This document shows, piece by piece, positions 25,822 to 38,900 of a stretch of DNA of 64,000 nt. Both the position numbers and the translations under genes were made by a program. The DNA is from Octopus vulgaris. Its lineage: Eukaryota. Each line of letters starts with the position of its first letter. The stretch's first letter is position 1. Below the pieces are notes generated by a model that did no database searches, was not told the DNA's origin, and saw only the letters and a program-made list of their open reading frames with translations. The stretch covers positions 4,402,001 to 4,466,000 of the forward strand of contig OX597831.1 of the NCBI GenBank assembly GCA_951406725.2, read 5' to 3'.

Positions 25822-25999
25822 TAAAAATATAGAATTTAGTTAAATTCAAAGGATTCATTTGTATAGTTATTCTATTAACAACTATGATGTTGTTGATGAA
25901 GCATGTTCTTTGTCTATCTACTTATCCTCTTTGTGATTTTGGTTAATAGAATAACTACACAAGTGAATCCTTTGAATTTAACTAAATTCTAAATTTTCA

Positions 26000-26087
26000 T
26001 GTAGCTGAAGATTGCTCTACATTTTAAAACTGATGTAATATTTGCATTGTTCAGTTAAATGGAGTCGCATGAAACGATCGTACTACA
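26000..26087 (+). ncRNA. Minimal hammerhead ribozyme
   Basis: tgtag-CTGAAGA-TTGCTC...GAGTCGCAT-GAAAC-GATC-GTA-ctaca. Confidence 0.75.
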
Positions 26088-26216
26088 TTACCTCTGGATA
26101 TCCTTGTTGCTTATTTTGATTGTAATCACCTTATTTTAAATTATATGGATAATACGATGTAATTCTGGTGCCTTTAACTTAAGTAACATATACAACTGAA
26201 TCTAAATTTTACTGAA

Positions 26217-26295
<79 letters not shown>

Positions 26296-26538
26296 TGACA
26301 TTATGAGATAAAAAACACCAAGGCAATAAATAGATTTCATAACATTTATATGAAATCTATTCACTGTCTTGTTTTTTTTTTAAATCTCATTATGTCAATT
26401 AATATATATACATGCTAATACATGACCCACATTGGACTATTGAACCTAGAACTGAACCATGGTCTATCCATAGAACTTACTCACCGCTTACCCGATACAT
26501 TTTGGGTCTTCCTGACCCTTTCATACTTTTCATACACT

Positions 26539-26589
<51 letters not shown>

Positions 26590-27040
26590 TATATACACAC
26601 ATAATTATGTTTGTGACTGCATGTGCGTGTGTGTTGTCTTTGTGTGTATACACACATACACAAGAGTGTATGTATTTATGCACATATATAACAGTGTGAG
26701 TGTGTTCCCCACCGTTGCTTCATTAACAATCGGTGTTTGGTTGTTTGCATCCTTATAAATTAGCTGTTCCAGAAGAGGGAAGGAGTGAATAAATATTAGG
26801 GTCGCTTCGTTCGACTAAACACCACAAGGTGGTACCCCATTATGGCCGTTCTCAAATGACAGAAACAAGTAAAAGGCATATATATATGCACACACACACA
26901 TATTTACATGTATACATACTATCACACACATATGTACATACTCAGTTGCATATGTACACACACACACATATTTGTGTTTGTGTGTGTGTGTGACGTTTTT
27001 GCAGCTTTCATAAAAAAAAGTATATATATATCTATATGTC

Positions 27041-27113
27041 CTGAGGTCTTTCAATTTACCTTAATTGATCAATAAACCAATCGAGTAAATCTATCTAGAA
27101 ACAGCTGTAAGTC
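27041..27113 (+). ncRNA. Degenerate hammerhead-like motif
   Basis: CTGAGGT...GAAAC-AGCT-GTA; A9 is changed and stem I is poor. Confidence 0.25.
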
Positions 27114-27169
27114 AAATTTGCTATAATAAAGAAATTATATGTAATGACCATTACTTTAACTTGTCTATA

Positions 27170-27226
<57 letters not shown>

Positions 27227-27481
27227 TATATTAATAAATAAAGCATATGCATATATATAAACATATATGTACGTACCTACCTCTACATGTATATATACAC
27301 GCATATATAAGTACAGGACACCAAAAAAAAACATCGAACACAATGAGAAACGAAAACGTAGACACAAACCCGAGGAACTGGACATTTTTTTAAACAACCA
27401 AAAAATAGAGTGCTGGACAATTAATACAAAGAAAAAACCCTTTCTTCAGTCGCCATGGTTTCATCTACTCTACGATATATA

Positions 27482-27525
<44 letters not shown>

Positions 27526-27622
27526 CAAGGAAAAATTATAAAAAGGCAGAATGCTAAATTGAAGGTAAATTTTAATGAAAATGGGTGTATGGAAAACTTA
27601 AAAAAAAAAAATTATATATATT

Positions 27623-27664
27623 AATTCAAATCGGTTTTCGTCGCATTGCGACTTTTCAAGAATT
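27623..27664 (-). ncRNA. Minimal hammerhead ribozyme, U3-A8 core variant
   Basis: Minus strand: aattc-TTGAAAA-GTCGC/aat/GCGAC-GAAAA-CCGA-TTT-gaatt. Stems I and II are perfect. Confidence 0.6.
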
Positions 27665-27833
27665 GTAAGGTGAAAAGAAAATTTTTTTTAATATTGAGGA
27701 GGGGGAAAAAAGAAAATTACATTGTTTTTTGCAAAAAAAAATTATAAACATATACAAAAATAAAAAAATAGGTACACCGATACATTGTAAAGTCTTTGTG
27801 TATCTCGAGTTCAATGATAGTTCTTGGAAAAAT

Positions 27834-27991
27834 TACCTTGGAGGGTTGAGATCCATGTGATTAAATCCATGTGGTGTTTAATTTAGGATGTTTGTTAAAT
27901 GAATGTCAAAGCAGGAAATGGGGTACATTCATTTAACAAACCTCCTAAATTAAACAGCACATGGATTTAATCACATGGATCTCAACTCTCC

Positions 27992-27997
<6 letters not shown>
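27834..27997. repeat. Inverted repeat (73-bp arms) at the end of a PLE-like fragment
   Basis: 27834-27906 versus 27925-27997. Confidence 0.9.
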
Positions 27998-28047
<50 letters not shown>

Positions 28048-28303
28048 AAGTAATATATAATACAAATAAGAAAATGGAGAAACAATTTAGTTGGTTTATC
28101 AGCTCTAGAATATTAGAATGTTGACTTATTTATTTAATAAAACGAGAACCATAATGACATACATATATACATTAAAAGTCAATACGTATAAGATAAGAAT
28201 ACAATTATAAAAATCTTAATACAAATTATTGGAATCATTAAAATGACTCTTACAGGTGGATCCACAACCCTTTAACTTACTTAGTATAATATAATATAAT
28301 ATA

Positions 28304-28337
<34 letters not shown>

Positions 28338-28424
28338 CGTTTAAATATTTGTTGTGCAAGATTTTTTATACAAAATGACTGACGATTAGTAAGGAGAGAC
28401 ACAAATAAGAAAGAAGAAAACAAA

Positions 28425-28469
28425 GGACCACTGATGCGGTCACAGGAGTGTGACGAAAGAACTCTGGCC
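28425..28469 (+). ncRNA. Minimal hammerhead-like motif (A9 altered)
   Basis: ggacca-CTGATGC-G-GTCACA/ggag/TGTGAC-GAAAG-AA-CTC-tggcc. Confidence 0.5.
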
Positions 28470-28583
28470 GAAATAAGATTAAGATTAACGTAAAAAATAA
28501 ATAACACTGAAGCAAAATAACACCAAATATATAGTGCGTGTGTTTTTATTGGCTAAACTGGTAAAATGATCATTCCGAAATAT

Positions 28584-28667
<84 letters not shown>

Positions 28668-28974
28668 ATATTTCGGAATGGTCACTTTGCCAGTTTAGCC
28701 AATACATATATATTATATTACGAAACACGTGCTTCTCTTTGACTATTCTTTTCTCTTCTCTCTGGCCTTTTCCCTCTTCCCTCTTTCTGACGAAGCGCCC
28801 TACCCGATTCATCATTAAAATTCCTCTCAAATCATGCCCCCGATTGTTTTAATGAAGTCGAAATACATTCTTAACAACTTGGATTTATCTCCCTTTTGTG
28901 TCCTTGATAGTCCCATACTATTCCGCCGGGACATTTCTTTTGATTGTTCATATCGTAGAATTTAAAAAAAATAA

Positions 28975-29227
28975 TAAATGCGCCCTTTTAAAGCCCAGCC
29001 AAGCTCATGGGTCCGGTTTCCCGGTTTCTATGGCGTATATGTGTGATCAAGCTGGACGGGACGCCAGTCCTTCGCACCGTTACTCATTTTTGCCAGCTGA
29101 GTGGACTGGAGCAACGTGAAATGAAGTGCTTTGCTCAAGAACACAACGCGTCTACCGGTCCAGGAATCGAAACCACAATCTTTCGATCATGGTGCTGACA
29201 CCCTAACCACTAAGCCACGCGCCTCCA
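28975..29227 (-). mobile_element. tRNA-derived SINE family D (V-domain-like central segment)
   Basis: Minus strand head GGAGGCGCGTGGCTTAGTGGTTAGG...GTTTCGATTCC, then GGACTGGCGTCCCGTCCAG. A diverged relative lies at about 22200-22410 (+). Confidence 0.7.
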
Positions 29228-30064
29228 CATCGTAGAATTTTAATTAACCGAAATGTTTTTTGCCTGCGTAATTCTTGGTAACATTTCTTTTTTCGTTTTT
29301 CTCCTCACTGTTCTATATAAGACTAAGAAATCTATATATTGACTATTGAAGTAACGTCATTCATCCAAATGTTGTTGAATTTCTCTATTTGTTATTTATA
29401 TTAATGCTGAAAATAAAATTTTAAAATGTCTAAATATCAAGCGAGTAGTTTGTTATAGGGGTATATACCTAGTTATTTATTTATGTTGCTTTAGTCATAA
29501 AATAATATCGACAATATCCTTGCGAAAATGCAGAGTGTCTATAAAAGAAAGACCAGCCGACACCCTTATTGTTTTTTATTAACATCGTATTGTCATTTAC
29601 AAGCTGTCACTTTAATTCACATATAGCTACACACACATACACACACTCTCTCTCACACACAAACTCACAGACACACACACACACACACAAATATCCATAC
29701 ACCTCGTAAACATATCCACACCTTTAACACATTAATATCATATGCCGATGTACACACATATGTGTAGTAGGACACACAAACACACACAAACACATACTTT
29801 TATAGAAATAGATATCTGTCAATCGACATCGATCATCCTGTTTCAGGAGCATCACAAACAATTTTGTTACTAACTGAACATGTCAAATGGTTGTCCGTAG
29901 TTTGTAACATGTTTTTCTTGATCGATTTTAGAGTTAAAGGTTGATTATAAACAGGCCACAACATAGATATATGGCACGTAACTTAGATTATAGCAAAGAT
30001 ACACTGGGCGTAAAAGAGTTAATAGCATAGATGTATGCGACATAACAAAGATATTAATATGTAT

Positions 30065-30275
30065 ACTCTTTTACTCTTTTACTTGTTTTAGTCATTTGAC
30101 TGCGGCCATGCTAGAGCAGTGCCTTTAATCAGGCAAATCGACCCCAGGACTTAATCTTTGTAAGCCTAGTAATATTCTATCGGTCTTTTTTGCCGAACCA
30201 CTAAGTTACGGGGACGTAGAGACACCAGCATCGGTTGTCAAGCGATGTTGGGGATACAAACACAGACACACAAAC
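30065..30275 (-). mobile_element. SINE family A 3' half
   Basis: Reverse complement of the family A tail. Confidence 0.85.
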
Positions 30276-30369
30276 ATATGCACACACGTAAATATATATA
30301 TATATCATATTTTCTTACAAGATTATATACGTATATTTATTTATTTAATTATTTTATTGTTTTTGTCTT

Positions 30370-30451
30370 GGACCTGAAGAGTGACGATATTTAATTGAAT
30401 TGATTTTACTGTTATCAGTTTGTAAATATAGCCACGAAACACGTGTTGTCC
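30370..30451 (+). ncRNA. Minimal hammerhead ribozyme
   Basis: ggac-CTGAAGA-GTG...CAC-GAAAC-ACGT-GTT-gtcc. Perfect core and stem I; palindromic AACACGTGTT. Confidence 0.8.
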
Positions 30452-30609
30452 TTTTACTAATTATATACTTTTTATTTATTATTTTATACATTACTTTATT
30501 ATTGGTATAAATTTTTATTGTATATCTAATTTTTTCTATAGGGTATAATTTAATTATATCATTGTTATTTCATTGTTGAATTGATAAAAGGTTGGTTCTT
30601 CTCTAATTT

Positions 30610-30692
<83 letters not shown>

Positions 30693-31543
30693 TATCACAG
30701 CTAATCTTACCAATCAGTTTCACAAGTACAACGGAGTTTTCGTCGCACCCGCGTGTACAAAAGCGCACGCCCCAATATGACGGACACCTACCAAACAGAC
30801 CGTTTCTGATCACCTCCGATATAAACTCTTCCTCCACATACATTGTACCCCTATGCACACTGCATGCACACATAAAGTAGCTCCCCGCCTTTACCAATAC
30901 AGAAAGAAAAGACACTAGAAAACACATCAATGGATGTCTACACCGCCTGCAAAATTTATACATGCAGTACCACTACTCATATCCCATTTCTCCAAGAACA
31001 CCAACCTGAAACGCGCACGCTATTCCCACAAACACTTCATGATAGCTCTTACCGATTTACAAAATAAGCAACCCAGTGGTGATATCTCAGTACGAAGGGA
31101 CATAACTCTTAACTAAATCCCCTACCCGGTTCGGGTATATATATAAAAAACAGCCCTTGATGTTTGTTTTTTAGTCCTGTTTTTATTCTTTATGTGTGCT
31201 GCATTTTTTTGTATTTGTATTTTTATTTTGTATTTGTAATTGTATTTTATTTGTATTGCTTTTACGTCCTGTTCTTGTCACAGTTTTTTCTTTCCTTGTT
31301 TTTACCCCTCTGCAAAGGAATTTTATTTTAATTCTTTCGCAAGAAGGACTTGATCGACGGGTCGTGTTCTGTCCTTACCTTCGAAACACGCATTGAGTCG
31401 ATCCAGGGACAGCTCATGAAGGGGAATATTCCTTGTATTGTTTGTCTTGTACTCTGTTTTTTCGTTGTTAAAAAAGTCCGTTTCCTAGTTGTTTTTATGC
31501 TTTCGTTTCTCGTTGTGTTCTACGTTTATTAGTGGTGTCCTGT

Positions 31544-31622
<79 letters not shown>

Positions 31623-31685
31623 TGTATATATACATGTAGATGTAGGTACGTACATATATGTATGTATGTATATATTTTATTTATT

Positions 31686-31777
<92 letters not shown>

Positions 31778-32134
31778 GTATTAGATCCATAGATACTCCG
31801 TAAAGAAGGCGCTTAATAGTACTCAAAAAATTCAAGCTTTGATTCCGTTGTCTTTACAAGAGATCGATTCCGCTAGCTAAAGAAAGGTTAAGAGGGATCA
31901 AGTTCAAATACTATCTACACTGCCTTCGTATTCATCTTCCTACTCTCCACCTCTACTACTACCTCCCTTAGTACTCTCGTTACTAACCCCTCCCTCTTCC
32001 TAAACATTTTCTCCCCTCCCCTCCCGTTTTAATGACCCCACAGTCGCTCCTCTAATACAGCTAGTTCTCCATATTTAATCATTCCATTGCAGTCTCGTGT
32101 GTCACACCCTAACCACTTATATATATGTATATGT

Positions 32135-32445
32135 GTTGTTGTTGCTTGCACCTTCTCGAGCCATGCCTGGCTCATTAGGGCTGGTTTCCCGGTTTCATTG
32201 ACGTATAAGTTACCCGTCTGGACAGGACGTCGGTCCGTCGCAGGTGAGCTGCTAGACGCAGGAGGAAAGAGTGAGAGAAACTTATGGCGAAAGAGTCAGC
32301 AGAAGTTCACTATTACCTTCTGCTGGAGCTGCGTGGTGTTTAGGTGTTTCGCTCATAAACACACACATCGCCCAGTCTGAGATTCGAACGCACGATCCGT
32401 CGACCACGAGTCCGCTGCTTTAACCACTAGGCCATACGCCTCCAC
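32135..32445 (-). mobile_element. SINE with family B-like head and family D-like tail
   Basis: Minus strand head GGAGGCGTATGGCCTAGTGGTTAAAGCAGCGGACTCG; tail GAAACCGGGAAACC...ATGAGC shared with 28975-29227; (CAA)n end. Confidence 0.7.
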
Positions 32446-32536
32446 ATGTATATGTATACATCATTCCATCGTTCCATAGAGTCTTAAACTCGGAAGGATC
32501 AGCTGGATACATATTGTGTGAAAACAGGAAATAATC

Positions 32537-32755
32537 TTACTCTCTTTTACTCTTTTAAATTGTTTCAATCATTTGACTGCGGCCATGCTGGAGCATCGCC
32601 TTTAGTCGAGCGAATCGCCCCCCAGACTTTTTCCCTTGTAAGCCTAGTACTTATTCTATCGGTCTCTTTTGCCGAACTGCTAAGTTACGGGTACACACAC
32701 CAGCATCGGTTGTCAAGTGACGCTGGGGGAACAAACACAGGCACACACATACATA

Positions 32756-32807
<52 letters not shown>

Positions 32808-32995
32808 ATACATACATACATACATACACACACACATAGACACCACACACACATATATATATATATACATATACATATATACTACGGGCTTCTTTCAGTT
32901 TCCGTCTACCAGATCCACTCGCAAGGCTTTGGTGTGCCCGATGCTATAGTAGAAGACACTTGCCCAAGATGCCACGCAGTGGAACTGAACCCGGC
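32537..32995 (-). mobile_element. SINE family A, 5'-truncated
   Basis: Reverse-complement similarity to family A. Confidence 0.8.
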
Positions 32996-33229
32996 ACGTC
33001 TTTGATCGTAGACTACAAGAGCAGCTACAACAAATTCGAAACTTGTACTTGTAAGTTGTTTGGCTTTAGGTCAAACAATTATGATTTTCCATCGGGTCTC
33101 TTCCTACGTGTGGTAAACCTAGGACCGCATTATCGAGTGTGTCCTGTCTTGAGAGATTCGAGATTAGATTCGAGGTAAATTTGACTGCTGTTTCTAGCAT
33201 GACCAACAACCGCATATAAACATTTTGCG

Positions 33230-33592
33230 CAGTAGTGGTGATGAAGGTGGTGGTGGTGGTGACGGCAGCGGCGGTGGTGGTGCTGGTGGTAGTTGTGGTT
33301 GTGTTGATGTCGCATGAGACTGCCTTTGGTAGAGGTAGTAGTTGTGATGGTTGTGGTTATGGTGATGGTGATTATGACTGCAACAGTAATAATCTTACAT
33401 GGTGGTGGTGGTGGTGGTGGTTGTGGTGTTGGTGGAGGTTGAACTTGTAATGACGTCACATGATAGTGGTGGAGGTGGTGGTAGTATTGGTAGTAGCGGC
33501 GGTAGTGGTGGTGGTGGTGGTGGTTGTGGTGGTGGTGGTGGTGGTGGTGGTGGTGGAGGTGGTGGTGGTGGTGGTGGTGGTGGAGGTTGTAG
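33230..33592. repeat. (GGT)n-rich low-complexity tract
   Basis: Direct reading. Similar tracts at 3060-3520, 50245-50635, 51675-51920 and 60835-61195. Confidence 0.9.
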
Positions 33593-34005
33593 TCCAAGCG
33601 AAGGCGAGTAAAACGTTATGAAGCTACGGATCATTGACTATCAATAACTGTTTATTATATTTGCCACCGACCCCTACCCCCGCGGCCCAAACAGCTACCC
33701 TTCTGCGATTTTCACCCTCCACCTAATCACTTCTTCACACACCCCACCCAAATCCTCTCTTATGCGGGCCAAAGATTTCTTAGTAACAAAATTAAGAAAT
33801 CAGCTTGCATTGAATAGCTGTGTATATACACACGCGCAGACATATACACTCACATACATGCATACATAAATATATACATAAATACATACATACATACATA
33901 CATACATACATACATACATAATATAATGTAATATAATTTGATATATATTAATATATATATATATATATATAATACGTTTATATATATATGATATATATAT
34001 AAATG

Positions 34006-34057
<52 letters not shown>

Positions 34058-34163
34058 ACTATATACATACATACATACATACACACACACATATACGTAT
34101 ATAATGAAACTCTGTATAAGAAATAACCACGACGACGACGACCACCACCACCACCACTGCCAC

Positions 34164-34225
<62 letters not shown>

Positions 34226-34229
34226 GTAT

Positions 34230-34452
34230 CAAGGCGATGAGCTGGCAGAATCGTTACGGCGCCTGGCAAAAAAGCTTAGCGGCATTTCGCTCGTCTTCAC
34301 GTTCTGAGTTCAAATTCCGCCGAAGTTCACTTTGCCTTTCATCATTTCGGGGTAGATAAATTAAATAACCAGCGAAACTCTGGGATCGATATAATCGACT
34401 TAATCCCTTCCTCCAAATTTGAGGCGTTGTGCTTTCATTAGGAAGGATTGTT
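34230..34452 (+). mobile_element. SINE family C next to (TTA)n
   Basis: GGCGATGAGCTGGCAGAATCGTTA...GAGTTCAAATTCCGCCG. Further copies at 35160-35350 +, 36343-36555 +, 42150-42372 -, 53690-53880 - and 53998-54217 -. Confidence 0.85.
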
Positions 34453-34454
34453 AT

Positions 34455-34832
34455 CATTCTTCTTCTTCTTCTTCTTCTTCTTCTTCTTCTTCTTTCTTCT
34501 TCTTCTTCTTCTTCTTCTTCTTCTTCTTCTTCTTTTCTTCTTCTTCTTCTTCTTCTTCTTCTTCTTCTTCTTCTTCTTCTTCTTCTTCTTCTTCTTCTTC
34601 TTCTTCTTCTCTCCTCCTCCTCCTCCTTCTTCTTCTCCTTCTTCTCCTCTTCCTCCTCCTCCTCCTCCTCCTCCTTCTTCTTCTTCTTCTCCCATCCCCC
34701 TTCCTTCTTCTTCTCCTTCTTCTCCTCTACCCCCTCTCCCCCTCTCCTCCTCCTCCTCCTTCTTCTTCTTCTTCTTCTTCTTCTTCTTCTTCTTCTTCTT
34801 CTTCTTCTTCTTCTTCTTCTTCTTCTTCTTCG
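34455..34832. repeat. (TTC)n/(TCC)n tract
   Basis: Direct reading. Confidence 0.95.
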
Positions 34833-34861
34833 TTTTGGTTACGTATTTGCCTGAATGATTT

Positions 34862-35085
34862 TTTTTTTATCATACCTAAAGCGTCTACTATGATAGGAAT
34901 TGTTTCTGTTTTTAAGCTCTACATTTGAGTTACCTCTATTTCCAAATCTTTGTATTTTGAAAGTTTCTCCGTTTCTTTTAGAGAAACTTTGTCATCTGTT
35001 GGTATTGATACATCGATTAGAAAGCATATTTTCCTTAGTGATCTCTGACAACTATATCCGGCCTATTGGCCTTAATTTCTCTATC

Positions 35086-35086
<1 letters not shown>
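34862..35086 (-). mobile_element. R4/Dong-clade non-LTR retrotransposon fragment, restriction-like endonuclease domain
   Basis: Minus-strand translation DREIKANRPDIVV...LIDVSIPTDDKVSLKETEKLSKYKDLEIEV...IPIIVDALGMIKK, with stops and a frameshift. This is the PD..D RLE motif typical of R4-clade elements. Confidence 0.85.
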
Positions 35087-35150
<64 letters not shown>

Positions 35151-35359
35151 CGTTATCGCGCTAGGGCAAAATGCTTAGCGGTATTTCATCTGCCACTACG
35201 TTCTGAGTTCAAATTCCGCCAAGATCGACGTTGCTTTTCATCCTTTCGGGGTCGATAAATTAAGTACCAGTCAGAGCACTGGGATCGATGTAATCGACTA
35301 TCCCCTTCCCCCAAATTTCAGACCTTGCGCCTTTGGTAGAAAGGATTATTATTACCATC

Positions 35360-35730
35360 GTCTTCTTTCAGTCCTGTTTCCATTTCTTGCCGAGTTTCTT
35401 CCTGACACCTAGGGCAGAGAAACTCCCTGTATACATTGGTAGGCCATTAAAATAAACACATCAGATCGTTCATTTACAAAGTCATGTGAGAAAGAAAGAG
35501 GGGGAAGAAGGATAGAGAGAAACTGGAAAAGCTAAAAATAATAGAAATATACAAAGAAAATAAAGGGTTTAAAAGCAAACAAAATTGACAGCGATAATGC
35601 TCTTCTCAATACATGTGACTTACCAGTTAAGACAATCTTTTGCACTGCCTGTATTGATGGTAAGCCAGGGATCATTCTTAAATAATTTTCAGTTCCTTTT
35701 TTGATCATTGCAAGTGTTCCTACAATCACT
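35360..35730 (-). mobile_element. R4/Dong 3' fragment (ORF C-terminus plus 3' UTR)
   Basis: IVGTLAMIKKGTENYLRMIPGLPSIQAVQKIVLTGKSHVLRRALS; bounded by TAA repeats. Confidence 0.8.
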
Positions 35731-35740
35731 ATTATTATTA

Positions 35741-36143
35741 TTGAGTGAGAGAGCAGTGCATGCCATCAAAGTGACACCGGGGTGAAATATACGAAGCCCA
35801 GTATACCCATCATGACTACCCGTCTGATAAGGGTACACTAGGCACATGCATCACAACCATATGTGCGCCACATGGTGATCTCATATCAAGATAAACAGCA
35901 CATGACCTTGAAGGTGGGGCCCAGTTAGAATTTTGTTCTGGTCGAGTAGCCCATCCCGCTCAAAAGGTCCCTGAATAAGGGTTGTTTAAGGATGTTGAAC
36001 GAAACACCCCCGTTTCCAAAGGTGAATTATTCAAACCCCAAAGAATCCTTCTCAACACATGGCTATGATGCTCCCCCACTACTTCTGCTCGTGATCAGAG
36101 ATGCACATATCGTCAGCCACTAAGGGACACGCTCAACTGGTTA
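35741..36143 (-). mobile_element. Unclassified interspersed repeat embedded in (TAA)n
   Basis: An overlapping second copy at 36793-37086 shares TTGAGTGA.AGAGCAG and CTCAACA.ATG.CTATGATGCTCCCCCA...GTCAGCCACTAAGGGACA. Strand is inferred from the (AAT)n end. Confidence 0.65.
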
Positions 36144-36149
36144 ATAATA

Positions 36150-36202
<53 letters not shown>

Positions 36203-36311
36203 GTTTATTTTTCCTTTCTTTCTTCAAATTTTCTTCCGTTTCTCGCCGAGTGTTTTCCGTATACCTAGGGCAGAGAAGCTCATTGAATGCATTCCCAGAT
36301 TACACGCGCAT
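36203..36311 (-). mobile_element. R4/Dong 3' UTR fragment
   Basis: Near-identical to 37217-37320; flanked on both sides by (TTA)n. Confidence 0.75.
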
Positions 36312-36551
36312 ATTATTATCATTATTATTATTATTATTATTATGGCAGCGAGCTTGTAGATTCGTTAGCACGCCGGGCCAGTGGCATTTCGTCCATCTTT
36401 ATATACTTTTTGGGCTCAAATTCCGCCGAGGTCGACTTTGCCTTTCAGCTTTCGGGGTCGATTAAATAAGTATCTGTTACTCACTGGGGTCGATGAAATC
36501 GACTTAATCCATTCCCCAAAATTTGAGGCCTTGTGCTTCCAGTAGAAAAGA

Positions 36552-36793
<242 letters not shown>

Positions 36794-37139
36794 GAGTGAA
36801 AGAGCAGCGCATACCATTAATGTGACGCTGGGGTCGAATATACAAAGTGTTCTTCTCAACATATGCCTATGATGCTCCCCCAAATACGTCTGCTCGTGAT
36901 CAGAGATGCACATATCGTCAGCCACTAAGGGACATGGTCAACTGGTTAAGGTCAAACAACTGACAAGCAAATCTACGGTATTGAGCAGAATATTTGCTGT
37001 AGCCCATCTTTTATACGAAGACAAAACAATCCAATCAGTTAAGATCAGGAGCCGTGAGAACCACTGCCTGGTACTGCATCAGGCCATTTATTATTATTAT
37101 TATCATCATCATTATTATTATTATTATTATCATTATTAC

Positions 37140-37216
<77 letters not shown>

Positions 37217-37217
<1 letters not shown>

Positions 37218-37506
37218 GTTTTTTCCTATTTCTTCAAATTTTCTTCCGATTCTCGCCGAGTGTTTTCCATACACCTAGGACAGAGAAGGGCATTGTATGC
37301 ATTCCAAGATTACACGCGCAAATTCACAGATAAAATATGTATTTAAAAATTAATGAAGAAATAAATTCATGGATGGATGTTATTTTCACAGCGATAGTGC
37401 TCTTCTCAGTACATGAGCCGTTCCAGTTAATACGATTTTTTGTACTTCCTGTAGGGATGGTAAGCCTGGAATCATTTTCAAATAGGTTTCAGTACCTTTT
37501 TTATCA

Positions 37507-37507
<1 letters not shown>
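37217..37507 (-). mobile_element. R4/Dong 3' fragment (ORF C-terminus plus 3' UTR)
   Basis: Minus-strand KGTETYLKMIPGLPSLQEVQKIVLTGTAHVLRRALSL*; flanked by (TTA)n on both sides. Confidence 0.85.
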
Positions 37508-37580
<73 letters not shown>

Positions 37581-37736
37581 GTAGTAGTAGTAGTTGTAGT
37601 AATTTGTTATTCTCATTGCTGTCACTGCTCTACCGTGCAAAGCCTTATTATTATATGTCCTGAGCATTTGCAGTAGTTTGTTTTGTTGTAGTTATTTTTA
37701 CTGTATTGAAGGTACCCTGCATAACATGAATATGTA

Positions 37737-37790
<54 letters not shown>

Positions 37791-37829
37791 CATACATACA
37801 TACTTAACTATAATTATATCTTTATTAAG

Positions 37830-38858
37830 TACTAGCAGAGATACCCGGCATTGCCCGGTTACATTCAATTGAAGAATTAGACTTTTCTGTTATATTTTCT
37901 GAATGAACTGGAATATCTATGTTTCGAATTTCATCAAAATTGCAGATGAAGGTTTTTTTCCCTCTTTACACACCCTAAAAAAATTGTAATCGTGCCACAT
38001 GGAAACAAAAAGACGAATGATCACAATAAGCAGTCAGTTACCCTACCCTAGTCATTACCACTCCCAGTGTAGGATTCCACACCATCCAGGTGACAGGCAC
38101 AGCCGTAAGATGCATTACGAATCTATAGCAATTGGAAGGGCGTGACCCAACTGAAATCAACATTAACAACTGTGTGACGTGAGGGCTTAGGAGAAATTAA
38201 AGTGTCACCTCTGGAGTTTGCAAATGACCACTATACTGATACGTAACTGGACAGAATAAATTTAAAATCTATAAATGTATTTGAATAACCAGTCACTCAT
38301 CTGGGAAGGCCTTGTAATCAATGTTACCATCTGGGGACTATGTGTGACCGAGTGATAATAAAAAGACTGAAAAGAGGGCTGCAATCAAATAACTTTACTC
38401 AACACTTTGAAACTGAATCAGTGAAGACAATTTATGCACCACATTGCAGAAATCACAATGTAAGTGCATGTCAAAGCAATCTGTTACACTGTTGTACCAT
38501 TGAATTAGAAATAATGCCCAACTTTTATGCTCGGGTAACCCTACAGCTTCAAGGAGCACAACTGTATTCGTTTTTGCTTAGATAAAATGACAAAATTTGT
38601 TGTGTTAAGTCCCCACGGTGAGGTCTTTCTAACTTTGTAAGAAGATGAAATTTTATAAATATTACTTCATTTGTGTCTAATATCCATGGTTAAAATTTCA
38701 TCAACAGCAAAAATATATGAATTGTCATGGGGGTTATGGCCCTTATGCTTAGAATATAATTTCCAAATTTCATAAAGATCCATTCAGTACTTTTGACCTA
38801 GTTTTGGATCATAAAAGAAATGACTAAAATTTGGGAGCTAAGACTCCCATTAGGGTGT

Positions 38859-38900
<42 letters not shown>

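Larger units (their letters stand above)
25720..26105. repeat. Imperfect inverted repeat (arms about 160 bp) of a PLE-like terminus
   Basis: 25720-25879 is complementary to 25942-26105; same family as 7260-7490. Confidence 0.9.

Noticed and set aside
30690-31130. Possible decayed GIY-YIG coding remnant between TA tracts
   Set aside because: The diagnostic YIG motif cannot be recovered in any frame; too degenerate to call without an HMM search.
31335-31435. Hammerhead-like pieces (GAAACACGC..., CTCATGAAGGGG...), with similar pieces at 14560-14620, 27440-27475 and 28720-28800
   Set aside because: Core halves are incomplete or out of order and no full three-stem junction could be drawn.
37030-37085. 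Short resemblance to two U2 snRNA segments (ATCAGTTAAGATC, CCTGGTACTGCA)
   Set aside because: The matches are short, the spacing is wrong, and the branch-pairing region and Sm site are absent.
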